From positions 22,568,001 to 22,632,000 of the forward strand of contig CM022671.1 in the NCBI GenBank assembly GCA_012295275.1: a stretch of DNA of 64,000 nucleotides, read 5' to 3'. The notes under the pieces are model-generated. The model did no database searches, was not told the origin of the DNA, and saw nothing but the letters and a program-made list of their open reading frames with translations. Positions 43,201 to 55,573 of the stretch are shown here, piece by piece. Numbering within the stretch: the stretch's first letter is position 1; each line of letters begins with the position of its first letter. Made by a program: the position numbers and the translations under genes. The DNA comes from Chrysomallon squamiferum. Lineage: Eukaryota; Animalia; Mollusca.

Positions 43201-44688
43201 TCTCAGGTTTTTATTTTTTTATTTTTTTTATTTTTATTGCCTGTTACCATTAGTGATTGGAACAGAAAGTTCATTTCCATCTTTCATGTGATGTCTGCAG
43301 TGTCCAGCCATTAATATTGATCGGTGGTTTCGTTTCTGTTGTGATATCAAAACCAGTGTGCTTTGTAGTCTTCATCATTATTGGATATTCCCTGCAACAA
43401 GAATAATATAGTTAGGAAATTTTTTATTGAAATTTCTGCTCCACTGGCCTTGAGCACGAATCAGAATGCAAGAGATGAAAAGATTGCGACTTGCGATATG
43501 GCTTGAGGCCAAGATTGGGGAGAAAGAGCTCTCCATCACATTTGTTAATGAGAAATTTAAAAATCTTCAACAGCATCATTCAGCCATGTTGGACTGTGAA
43601 TAGTCTTTGATTAATGTAAGACCAGCAGGAAATCGGAACCTGTTGGTCTTCATTAAGAAAAGTGTAGGCACTGACTTAACTTTCAGATTTCTATTAGAGT
43701 TTGAAAGATTTTTAGCTGGATATTTTTTATCTTTATTTTCAAAAAAAAAAAAAAAAAAAAAAAAATTATTAACATTATAAAGCATGCATTTTTTCACTTG
43801 AGAAAAAAATTACAAGGGAAAAACTTTTTTTTTTTTCCTTTATTTTTCACTTTTTTTTTCTTCATTTTTTTTTCAGATTTTTCTTACACTTTTCATGCAA
43901 CTTTTTTTATTTTGTTCATTTTTTTTTTCTGACAAAATATACATTTTATAATATCAGCTTGTCAAAAATGTTGTGAATTAGTTACATTTGAATATGTATA
44001 TTTAATCAATTTTAATCTAAAATCCTGTTTGGTATAAAAATTAAAACTATTGATTCTCTGTTAATATAAAGGTACATCAGAAGTAGAAAAGTTTTTTTTT
44101 TCTGTTTTTTTTCAAGTTTACAACATCACAGTTTGTTTTATTTCTAATGAAAAAGGCCACAGTCTTAATCAGGTGATTTATTTGTGAAGGAAATTACAGA
44201 GACAGAGCATGTCCTCATATCTAATTAGGTTATCTCCTCTTGTCTTTTCAAATTATTTGGTCAAATGTGTAATGATAATCTATTGTGTTCTTTTTTTGCT
44301 GCCTCTTAACATTTAAACTTTTTTTTTTATTAAAGCATTTTTCATTAATTTTTATCTCTCTGTCTCTCTTTAACACACTTCTTTCTCTCTCTCTCTAGCT
44401 GATTCTATCTCACTTTTGCACTCTGTATCTCTCTCTGTGTCTTTTACTCATTCTGTCTCACTCTGTATATCTCTCTTTGTCTCTCTGTCTCTTTCTCATT
44501 CTCTATTTTTCTGTCTTTCCCTCTATTTCTCTTTTTTGTCTCACTTTCTACCTCTTTTTCTGTGTGTTTGTGTTTGTATATGTATGTGCATGGATGTGTG
44601 TGTGTGTGTGACTGTGTTTTAGCATGTCATTTTTGCCATGCATTTTTACTTCTGACTCAGTTAATTGTTTCATTGTAACTTGTTTCAG

Positions 44689-44832
44689 GATCACGAAATG
44701 CTGAACACTGCCATTCTGACAGGCAGGAGGTTGTCGTATCCTCTTCACATATTTGTTGTGAACGACATTGGAGATTTCCACGATGTCACCCACATGACTG
44801 CATGCCACTCATCAGACCAGGATGTCCTCAAG
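44689..44832 (+). CDS. TMEM132: TMEM132 coding exon (144 nt; first Ig-like/BIG domain)
   Basis: ttgtttcAG acceptor and AAG|GTTTGT donor. DHEMLNTAILTGRRLSYPLHIFVVNDIGDFHDVTHMTACHSSDQDVLK carries the family signature E.LNTAILTG...C.S.D.DV.K. Confidence 0.95.
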
Positions 44833-44859
44833 GTTTGTTAAACTGAAAATTTGTATCTA

Positions 44860-44912
<53 letters not shown>

Positions 44913-45381
44913 TTGTATCTATATAGATTTAGATTACAGCATATATTAGTTAAAAATGCTATAATCTAAATCTGATATATAGATAGATAGACAGACAAAC
45001 ACAATTATAGAAAATACAGCTAAATTTTAATTCTAATAAGCTGAAATTAGTGTATGAGACAGTACTGTTACTGAGTATGTGTGAAACAACCAATGAAATG
45101 CTACTATATTACATGATTTAATCAAATGAAATTTGTCTTAGAATATAGTATATCTTGATAGATGGGACCAAGCAAATGAAAATGCTAGTATTTTTTAATT
45201 CAGGATTTTGTTTAATGTTTTTTTTTTTTTTGTCTTTCATTTCTTTCTTTCTATCTATTTTTTTTTTTTTTCTTCTTCTTTTCCCTTACTTTCCCTTTTA
45301 GAATTATTCCAAACTATCTTTGAAACAAAATAATCAGGACTTCACGACATTTTACTCTTTAATTTACCTCTTAATTCCCAG

Positions 45382-45587
45382 GTGTTGCCCGACTGTTCTC
45401 TGATATACCTGTCTGGAAACGAGACGAAGGGTTCGCACAACGTCACGGTGATAGCAAAGACGGGAATCTACACTTCGTTCCTCTACCTGCGAGTCTGGGT
45501 TCCAGAGAGCCGCCTTGACATCCAGCTCTCCGACAACAAGCTGAGTCAGATCCGAGGCTGGAAAGTGCCAAACTACATCTCTCGCAG
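45382..45587 (+). CDS. TMEM132: TMEM132 coding exon (206 nt)
   Basis: ttaattcccAG acceptor and CAG|GTGAGT donor. VLPDCSLIYLSGNETKGS...LRVWVPESRLDIQLSDNKLSQIRGWKVP matches the family motif VWVP..L.I..SD..L.QI.GW.VP. Confidence 0.95.
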
Positions 45588-45637
45588 GTGAGTAGCAGCC
45601 AGTGAGGACTGCGAAACAGCAGCTAGCTGTTAGAAAA

Positions 45638-46065
45638 GAACAACTAGTGATTGGAAAATAATAGCTAGTGATTAGAACAGGGGGTCAGAAACATTTTGGA
45701 GAAAGGGTGTGGCCAGACAGCTATGCAGTGTTTTTGAGGAGAGCCAAGATATCACATGTGTTTTAATATATATACATATACATATATATGCACATACCAC
45801 ACACATACACACACACACACACACCGATATATGTCTCTATCAATTCTATCTTTAATATTGATTAGGAAATAGCAACTTGTGATTGGAAAATAACAACTAG
45901 TGATTAGGAAATAACTGGTGTTTGGAAAATAATAACTAGTGATTAGAAAATAACAACTAGTGAATAGAAAGTAACACCTAGTGATTAGTAAATTACTAGT
46001 GATGGGAAAATAAGTTAGTGATTAGGAATTAAGAATAGTCATTAGAAAATAATACTGGTGAATAA
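45638..46065. repeat. ~20-22 bp minisatellite (aataacaactagtgattaggaa), interrupted at 45678-45855
   Basis: About 12 variants of ctagtgatt(a/g)gaaa. Confidence 0.85.
45678..45750 (+). mobile_element. Possible hAT-type MITE end fragment inserted into a minisatellite
   Basis: cagggggtcagaaacatttt...aagggtgtggccaga resembles CAGGGGTC..CAAAC.TTT hAT/Charlie termini and interrupts the ctagtgatt array. No second TIR found. Confidence 0.3.
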
Positions 46066-46299
46066 GGTTGTGTTATACCATTATCTTGCTGGTTTTGAAA
46101 TCATGCTGTTGTATCTAAACTCATAATACATTCACATGTATGCATATCTAGGCAAGTAAATGCTTACACACATATCCATGCATTTTACAAACACATGCAA
46201 ATAGGCCTATGTGTGTTTGTGTGAGTTATGTATATATCTACACACACACACGCATACATATACAAATAATGAGTAAACATTAACAGAACTTCATTTATT

Positions 46300-46512
46300 T
46301 TTTTTCTAAATACAAGACGTTTTCTTTCATCCAGTAACCTAATTTTTTTTTTTTTTTTTTCTCTGCAAAAACTAAATAATTAAAATTTTTTCTAAATACA
46401 ACATGTTTTCTTTCATCCATTTACCTTTTTTTTTTTCTCTGCAAAAACTGTAAATAATTTATTGTTTTTTTCATCCAGTCTGCAAAAACTGTAAATAATT
46501 TATTGTTTTTCA
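46300..46512. repeat. Nested local duplications (ctaaatacaa...tttcatcca...ctgcaaaaact..aaataatt)
   Basis: An ~85-bp unit occurs twice, plus a third partial copy. Confidence 0.8.
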
Positions 46513-46860
46513 CAGTAGCAAGCACACACTCTTTGATCACTGGGTTGTGAAATCAAGTTAGTAAAACAAGAATCTGTATTGTTTCTTTCAGTTCAGTGAT
46601 TATCTCATCATCTCACCCCTCTTATCTCGTGAGACTGTAGGGTGCGAGTGGCTTTGATGTGGTTGTTTTTCTTCATGTGTTACATGCACAGTTGATAGAA
46701 TGTCAGGTGGCTTCATCTGTCATAGTTGCCGTAAAGCATCTAAAACGTTTTAATTGTTTTTTTTTTTTTTTTTTTTTTTTTTTTTGTTCAGGGGAGTTTG
46801 GGGAAAAGTTTAGGGGTTTTTGTTGTTTTTTTTAATTTTATTTAATCGTTATTTAATTTT

Positions 46861-46909
<49 letters not shown>

Positions 46910-47057
46910 TTTTCTTTTTTTTATTTTATTTTACTTTATTTTATTATTAGTTTTTAAGTATTTTTTTTATTTTATTATTGAGTCTGAATTGGCTTATTAA
47001 TGTAACTATTATTAATATTTATCTGTTTTCCTTTCTTTTTTATTCTTATTGATTTAT

Positions 47058-47135
47058 TGATTTTATTTTTATTTTTATTTTTATTTTTATTTTTATTTTT
47101 ATTTTTATTTTTATTTTTATTTTTATTTTTATTTT
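47058..47135. repeat. (TTTTTA)n repeat
   Basis: Near-perfect hexamer run. Confidence 0.9.
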
Positions 47136-47877
47136 TTTTTTTGTTCTTGTTGTCATACTTATACCAGTCATTTTGAAAATCAATAACTAAAATGAATATT
47201 AAATGGAAAATGAAACTTGAAAAAATACATTAGTTTCAAATCTTTTATATGTAAATATTACGAATAAAACACACAAAAGAAGGAAAAAAGTCATTATCGA
47301 AACTTCTTTATACCTATATCATATTTTCTATTTCAGTTTATTTTTAGCAATATATATTAAGAAATTACAAGACTTTATTACTGAGAAAGAAATAATGTCT
47401 ATGTGTGGGTGTATTTTATTATCTTTTTTTTCCATAAAACTGTTTACTTCTTAGAAATAACTGAATATTTTTTTGAATTGTTCTTTCAACAAACTTCTTT
47501 CATGGTGAACTCCCACCCATAATATCTACAGATTTCTATCAAGTTTACGACCACACTTATTAAATTACATAAGCTTCCGCACATCAAAGATATGTTTAGC
47601 GTTTCTGCCAGAAGATGATCATGTTTGAAACTTGCACGCTGTAAGAGGTGTGAAAGATGTTAAGTTTGGAGTGTGGAGCATGGGGAGTGACCTAGAATGT
47701 TACCAGTAATAAATATACATTTGTATAGAACTCTAAAGTGTGTGTGTGTGTGTGTGTGTTTGTGTGTGTAGGTATGCCTGTTATATTTATGTATCCGAAA
47801 TACAGATATCTGAGTCTATATGTGTTTGTATAAATTTAATATATGCGTCAATTTCTTAGATATGTACACACAAACAA

Positions 47878-47908
<31 letters not shown>

Positions 47909-48013
47909 GAAGCAGTATAAAATATTAATGTATAAATAAATAAATAAATATATATGTGTGTATGTTAAACATTTATTTATTTATTTATTTATTTATTTGT
48001 TTATTTATTTCAG

Positions 48014-48305
48014 CAAACGTGGAGTGGATTTTGGCCTTCTCACACATTCTGGTTTCTACATGAAGGATCGAAGCCAGAAGTTTGACCGTCATGGCTGCCA
48101 GTTGCGTCTGCAGCAGTCGCTTGTAGAAGTTTACACCCGCTTCCACATCGAGTCAAACAGTCGAACTGACTACTTCAAGAACCGCAAGGCTTACTTCAGG
48201 ATCACTGACCTTGTGAAGGACAAACTTGTCATATCTGACACATCAATAGCAACACTGGAAGGAAAGGTTATTCAAGGTCAAGATCAAGGTCGCACAGAAA
48301 TTCAA
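48014..48305 (+). CDS. TMEM132: TMEM132 coding exon (292 nt)
   Basis: ttatttcAG acceptor and CAA|GTGAGT donor; phase 2 in, 0 out. Reads KRGVDF...HGCQLRLQQSLVEVYTRF...ITDLVKDKLVISDTSIATLEGKVIQGQDQGRTEIQ, with the GC.L..Q...V.V.T.F and G...G.T.IQ motifs. Confidence 0.94.
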
Positions 48306-48635
48306 GTGAGTATTTCGGTTATACATTATCTGCATACTGAGGAAAAGTTTGTTGTTTTTTTTTCTTTTTAAATCGGTGCATAGATTTGGCTGAATAAATT
48401 TGTGAATAAATTTACCTAGTAAACATATTTTTAATGTCTTTACTTTCATTCTAAGATTTAAGCTTTCTTTCTTTTCTTCTTCCATCATTTCACTTTAACT
48501 ATGATTTTCTTTTTTTTTTCCCTTCTTTCCATCCTTCCCTTATGCATAATATTTATTTCCTCCATTCCTTCCATTCATCATTCTGCTCTCTAATTTTTCT
48601 AAATATAACAATATATCAATTCTCCGTTCCTTTAG

Positions 48636-48824
48636 GTTCTGTCACCCTCTGGGCAGGCGATGGGTCGCCGAGAGATCCGTGTGGGTAAGGACAAGGTGGT
48701 GATTGAGCGTCTGCTTGTGCGGGTGATCAGTGGAATCTCCATGGAGATCATCGATGAAGGAAATCTTCCAGGCACTCTGACAGCTGTTGTTCATCTGCAG
48801 GAGAAGCTGATTGCCATGAATCAG
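48636..48824 (+). CDS. TMEM132: TMEM132 coding exon (189 nt)
   Basis: ttcctttAG acceptor and CAG|GTAAGT donor; phase 0/0. Reads VLSPSGQAMGRREIRVGKDKVVIERLLVRVISGISMEI...LQEKLIAMNQ. Confidence 0.94.
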
Positions 48825-49365
48825 GTAAGTTTGTACAAAAATGTGACCTGTTCCCCAGTAAATATGTATGAAAGTTGGTGAAAAATCACTGGTATATGTT
48901 TTAAAATTTGGAGATAATTTGGAGAGAATTAGTGAGGAAAAAAAAGAGTCACTGTTACATAGAAATTGCAACAATCTGCTGACTTAGTAGTTCATAAAAT
49001 TGTTAAATCATGAAATTTAATACATTAAGTAAGCCAAAAGAACTTATTTTTAATGAGCCAATATATCCAGTTTAAGTTTATATTTCTACATATAGTTTCA
49101 TGATATAGTTTGTGTACATACTTTGTATCAACATATATAATTACATTTGTTTTCTCTTTACAATAACTGTACTGTTTTCTAAATGATGAGTTGTTTTTCA
49201 CTGTTTATAATAATTTTACATAAATATTTCTGTTCCAATTAAAATAATATAAATTATATTCACTTTTTTTTTTTTTTTAAATAAACATTAAAGATATTGT
49301 ATGTAATCTATTTAACTGCTTTACATAGAAACAAAAAATTTGAATATTACTATCTTTGTTTTTAG

Positions 49366-50451
49366 GAAGCAGTTCTGGATATAGCTGTACAGTATTCAGA
49401 TGGAACAAGTTTTCCCTTAGAGTACGTCAGTCCAGAAGACTACACTCTCAAAGTGACCTCTCGCAAACCAAACATCATTGCAGTGTCGTCTCCAAACTCT
49501 GTGTTTCGCTATGGAATCCGAGCTGTAGGGGAAGGAAACGGGGAACTCGTCAAGGTGATCTTCCGACTGGGGGCCTGTGTCCACGGAAACGTTCAAGGCC
49601 CTTAGCAACAAGTTTTGTGTACGTCAATGTGGACTTCTCCAAGAAGACTAACTACCTCGAAAGGCTGCAGAGTGACGGTAACTATGACAACCGGGCTAGC
49701 GATCGGTGGGACAGCAACGGCGACTACTACTATCACGGCTGATAAGACTATTTTCAACATTCACATTAACAAAAACCAGCAGCACGTGAAGAGCCGCGGA
49801 AAAACGAAGCTGAGTAAGTTCTCCAAGGTCAACAGAGAAAACACCGATCCCCATGGTATCCCCATTGACCTTGCTCTGGACGACCTCCCAGAATCCAACC
49901 CCAAAACAGAGGCTCATCAGCAGCCCGTCGCAGAGCCGCATGGCTTGTCTCCCCTTGAGATAGGGATGTACGTGCTGCTGGCCGTGTTCTGTGTGGCCAT
50001 CCTGGTGTTCACTGTCAACTGCGTTGTGTTCATGATGAGGTACAGGCGGAAACGCATGCCAAAGGTTTCCAAGGAATCGGTGAAGCAAGCCAACGACTGG
50101 GTGTGGATCGGACGGTCAACACTGGAACGCAACGGCGCCAACCACACACGATGTTCTCAGACGCTGATGCCACAGGAGGACTTCAACGGTAATCAGATGT
50201 TGATGAGGCCTCCCAGCGGAAGCCACAGTTCAGACAGCTCCAACAGCGGTAGCAACAACAACAGCAATCGCAACAGCACGGTGTCCACGTACAGAGGGTC
50301 GGAGTGCAGCATTCGAATCACAGCTAATCCTTTTGCAGAAAACTCCGACCCTTCAAATATGAATGACCCGGAATGGGATTACGAGGCAATGGGAATGACG
50401 TACGATCAGTTAATGGAATATTTTGACAATTTGAAAGAATCAACAGCATAA
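49366..50451 (+). CDS. TMEM132: TMEM132 terminal coding exon (last Ig-like domain, TM helix, cytoplasmic tail); apparent compensating frameshifts near 49569-49573 and 49735-49742
   Basis: tgtttttAG acceptor. Reads EAVLDIAVQYSDGTSFPL...AVGEGNGELVKV, later GLSPLEIGMYVLLAVFCVAILVFTVNCVVFMMRYRRKR (TMEM132 TM signature), DWVWIG, and ends YFDNLKESTA-TAA. There is an in-frame TAG at 49603-49605 as given (see findings). Confidence 0.92.
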
Positions 50452-53400
50452 GAACCCCCCAAAAAATTAATATTTTTAATGAATTGTAGTTGAAAAATAC
50501 TGGAGATAATAAAGACAATCTCAGAATACTTCAAATCGTTTGTGGCTACCCTACAGTTTGATTTATCCAAACATCCAAGGAAGATAACTGTTGTTGGCAA
50601 CAATTTTTGTTCTGTGTAGATGGGAAAATTAATGTTTCCGGAAACTTACAGCTACTACATAACCCCTGTTGAAATGCAGATCATGTCATCAGATGATTAA
50701 CAAGATAATTTCTCACAGTAGATCTGAAATACGTTGCAAAACAGAATGGATGATGTGCTTTTGTAAGCCCATTTTTCTTTCTCTTACCAGATGTTTTGTT
50801 TTATGCAATTATGGTGCATTGTGTTTGGATTTTTGGTTTGTGAGTAATAACTGTTGATGTATTTCATTCATTCTGGATTCTTAATTCAGCTTCAACAACA
50901 GCTTCTAAGGTTCAGAAGTTAACTTCAAAACCAAAAAACAAAGTAATAATAAAAATGATTAAAAAAAATGTCCAAACGCACAGATTTAAACCAAAAACGT
51001 ATTGCCACAGGAAGCATTTCATTGGGCAAAATTTCACCAGCACCCATCATCTTAGTAGTTAAAAATAAACTTCTTTTTTTTCCCCCGTTTTCTGAACATC
51101 AATCTTTTTGCTAATCAGTCTGAAGATTTTATAATAATGATAATTCCATGCTTTGGATTACATATTACTTCTGGATTTAAAGCTAAACTCAGATTTCATA
51201 ATTTGCCTTTGATGAAAGAGCTATTATTTTAATAGGCAAAGCCTGGTAAGCAGTTGTCTGTTCATTGACTGAGGCTGGAAAACTTTGATACAATTTTACA
51301 ATTTTGGAATTTGAAGAACATAGTCTCTACAAAAGAAGCTTGAACAAAAATAATTAATTTGAACTCTGAAATATGATGGATTTGTAACTTACTTAACTTT
51401 GGTTTTAAATTTTTCATGATATACTGCATTTAACAAATAGGATATTTCTTGCATTGTTGTTGGATGATCTCTAGAAACTATCACAAAACAAAAATGAAAA
51501 AGTAAATCAAATGGATAAATTTACATACAAAAATGATTATTTCAGTAGATAAAAAAAAAAAAAAAAAAAAAAAAAGAGCGAGAAAAAAAAGAAAGACTTG
51601 GTCAGATGACATAAACTATTTTTCTGTGATTTATTGTTGAAGTATCATTTATTATGACTAAACATTTTATTGTTAAATGTTGTTACCCATGTTTATCAAG
51701 TATTGTGTGTGCACCTTGTATATAATTAATAAAAACCACAGATTAACAGGCTTACAAGAGAATTTTTGCTATCCAGTCAGAATGTTCCAAAGGAGTTACA
51801 GGTTTTTTTTTCAGTGATGTAAGAACAGTTCTGATTGGTTAGTCAAAGCACAGTCCTGATTGGTGAATAAGACTGATCCGACTGGAGAATAATGAAATGT
51901 TCCAACTTAAAGAGTTCAAAGAACATTCTGATTGGCTGACGAGATGACAGTTCTGATTGGGAGTTTAAAAAAATTTAGTTTCCTTCTGATTGGATAGAAC
52001 TGATAAAGCATATTCACTACAGAGGTGACAGTTTTTAATACCACCGAGTAGTTTTGTACATAATACTCATAAAAATATATCTTGCATGTTGATATATGTG
52101 TAGCTGATAAGAACGACCACAATTTATGTGACAATCAAATAATGTAACTGAAATAATAATAATAACCCATAGTGCACAGCATATTTATCAGTCACATGAA
52201 AACTACAACAGAACTGTGCTGTGGAATATTTCATATTAGTACATGTGTGTATTTAATATTCACATTATTCATCAGCTACTCAATGAACTTTGTATTGTGT
52301 ATTTTTACGTTCTCTTTCTGGTGTGTATTTTTTAACTCTCATTCTTATTTGGCTGTGCATATAATAAAACTTACATTTTTGGGAGGGTGTTTTTTTGGGG
52401 GGTAAAAGTTTATTGCTGTGGGTCTTGAGAGGGGGAGGGGGGCAAAAGATTTGTAGTTGTGTGTTTTTAAAATTTCATTAGAACTAGTGTTTTAAATTTG
52501 ATATCATCAGTTTAATATTATAAAACGGATCATTAAACTGCAGTACATGTTTTTACATCAGTGATAAAACATAAACCAATTTCTAACTTACTAACACGTC
52601 CAACAATAACCTCTTTTACACAGTGATACTTGATACACTTTTAAAACAAGAATCTGTGTATGTACATACTACAAAGATGTAATTACAGTACAAATATTAA
52701 AACATTTTATATATTCATTTCATAGGGATACACTGTAGTAATATCCTTCACCAAAGGATAAAACAGGTTTTTTTTTTTTTTTTTTAAAACAACATCAGTT
52801 GTGTTTAGTATTATTATACAAAGCCTACCTAGCATTCACTTACAAATATACATGTGTATTTTACCTATTATAATGTATATATAGTGAGATGATGACAGTT
52901 GCAACAAAGATTAATGAAGTATACGATGTTGTCAGTTCAGGCGCCTGTAGATAGCATATTTAATAAAATAACTGTGTGTTATGAAAAGAGATCTGATTAT
53001 AATTTGTAGCAAACAGTGGATTTCTGAGTTTCAAGAGAAGACAATTCTAGATTCATGTGGCAAGCCCCAAACCTGTTCTCAGTCCATATTAACGTGTAAT
53101 TTATTTTCAAAAGTAAACATTGAAAGCATAGGGCATATTTTAATTGGGATTTTTTTTTTTTTTTTTTTTTTAAATAAGTAAATAAATAAATAAATAAACT
53201 AATATTTAAAAATGATTTCTGTTCATCCATTTCTGATGAATTTTTTTTTTTTTTTTTTTTAAATTATATTTTTTTAATTTGTTTAAATGAAAGGATGAAA
53301 TGACCTGTGTAATGTTCTTAATTGTTTTTTTTTCTTTTTTTTTTTTTTTTTTAATTTGCTGTCTAAAATTATGATGTAATTTTTTCTTATATTGGTGCTC

Positions 53401-55119
53401 CAATTACACATGTCCATGTATATTAAACAATTGTAAGCATCTAGAACTGAAGCTATACCTTAGGTTAGGCCATAATGTTTATATTTGTGCTAAAAATACT
53501 ATCACATTTAGTGTTGAGAATTTCAAACTGGAAACTTTTGAAATGGAATAAAATAATAATAATAAAATAAAATTAAAAGAAAGGAAAAAATCCAAATAAA
53601 GCAAAATATGAGCAGATTCATTTAAATTATTAATAAATGTTTAAGATAAAAAAAACATGTAAGATATAAAATAAAAGATTCTGTATAAAGCAACTGTTAA
53701 TTACTTTTGAAAAGCTAGCAATTTATAGATAATCTGATTATTATTATTATTATTATTAAAAAAAATTATTTTTATTTTTAATTAATTTATTATTTATCTT
53801 TACATTTTTGTTTACAATAGTTACCACAATAAGGGGTATCTAAAAATAAGTAAGAAATATGATAAAAGAAAATATTCAGATTATTCCGTTTTTGAAAACA
53901 TTTACATATTTCTTAAATATGACATCAAAACTGTTCACTAATACAGCTTTAACTGCAGTCCTATTAGATTTTCATGGAAAGGTCACAAATCAAAATAAAA
54001 TTAAATATTAATGATAAAATAATAAATGATTTTTATAATCAAACTGTAAAAACATTTATTATACCTGTATTAATATTCATAGTTGAAATAAAATAATGAA
54101 AACATTTTTCAAAATCAGGTGACTTTTTAACCTGATTTATTGACAAAATTTTTAATGAATCAAATTTAACATTTTTCTTCTGTCTTGTTTTTCTTCTTTT
54201 TATAATTTTATTTCAATTTTTACACTTTCTACTTTTATAAAACTAGATAATTTTACTGTTTTTGTTGAAGTATATAAACTGTCAATTACATGTGACAATT
54301 TTATCTTCTTTAAGTTCTTTATTTAATTTCTAAAAATTGTTTTTCTTGTTAATATTTTATATTATATTTGATGATTTCATTTTAAAATTTATTTACATTT
54401 GATTATTATTATATTATTATTATTACTATTTACAAGGTAGTAATTTTATAATAATTGTTGAACAATTTTGTTCAGATCTGCTAGTTAATGTATTAACATA
54501 ATGAATTTCTAATTCTGTGACAAAGTATTGTGGCATTTACTTCATTTCACTGGTTGTGTACATTGTAATGCTTTGTTATTGGTTATATGTTTGTCCAGTA
54601 TCCAACATATACACTTTATCATGCTTGTGATAACTGTTTTGACTCCCTCTATTATCTCCCTTTGTCTGCCATCTTTCTTTTTCTTTCTTTTTCCATACTT
54701 TGCTAAGTAGAACATACATGAATATTAATCATTTTACATGAATGTGGAGTTTTAAAAAATTAATTTACCAAATTTTGTTTTTATGATGTTATGATTAATA
54801 TGCATAGACATTATTTTATGTAAGATAAAAAGTGCATTTATTATTATTAATTTCTTTAATTTCAGTTGTTCACTCATTTTAACTAACTTTAAATATACAG
54901 TTATCAGCTTAATTCCTGCAAAACAAAAATATATCAAAATATGATCATTGACCTGATTTATATTAATAAACATATGATTCTACTTAAGACATAATTAATT
55001 TTAATTTGTAAAGTGTAATCTGGTATATATCTATCTCAACTGTATGTTATTAATTTCATTTACCTGGATCTTACTTTGTTTTCCTGTCTTACTATATACA
55101 TCATCAAATACCTTTATTA

Positions 55120-55157
<38 letters not shown>

Positions 55158-55538
55158 AAAACCCAAGTACTTCCTTGTCTAATATTTGTTTTCACTGTTA
55201 AAACCAATTTACATCATTTAGACTTTAATATCAGTACAGGTACCGAACCATTTACTTGGCTTCCAGAAATCTGACTACTTGAAACTGGATACATTTGAAT
55301 TTGACGTCAGTTATCATGACAATTTAAGAGAAAGTGTTGCTGTTATAAGTTATAATTTGTTTCTTTGCTCTCATTTTCATTTATTATCATGTCTAAAAAT
55401 TTAATGGAAGCACAACTTGCTTGGGAAAAGCATATTCTATAACGATATTTAAGAATTTTAAGTGAATTAATAAAGATCAAACATGATATTTAGAAGTGTA
55501 TTCATTTATATCTGTTAAATAATGTTCCATTCTTTATT

Positions 55539-55573
<35 letters not shown>

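Noticed and set aside
49672-49746. Small intron as an explanation for the second frame switch
   Set aside because: The GT sites at 49672 and 49678 are phase 1 while the AG at 49745-49746 needs phase 0. There is no pyrimidine tract, and it would not fix the first switch.
49696-50147. Minus-strand ORFs over the TM-coding region
   Set aside because: Antisense shadows of the TMEM132 last exon.
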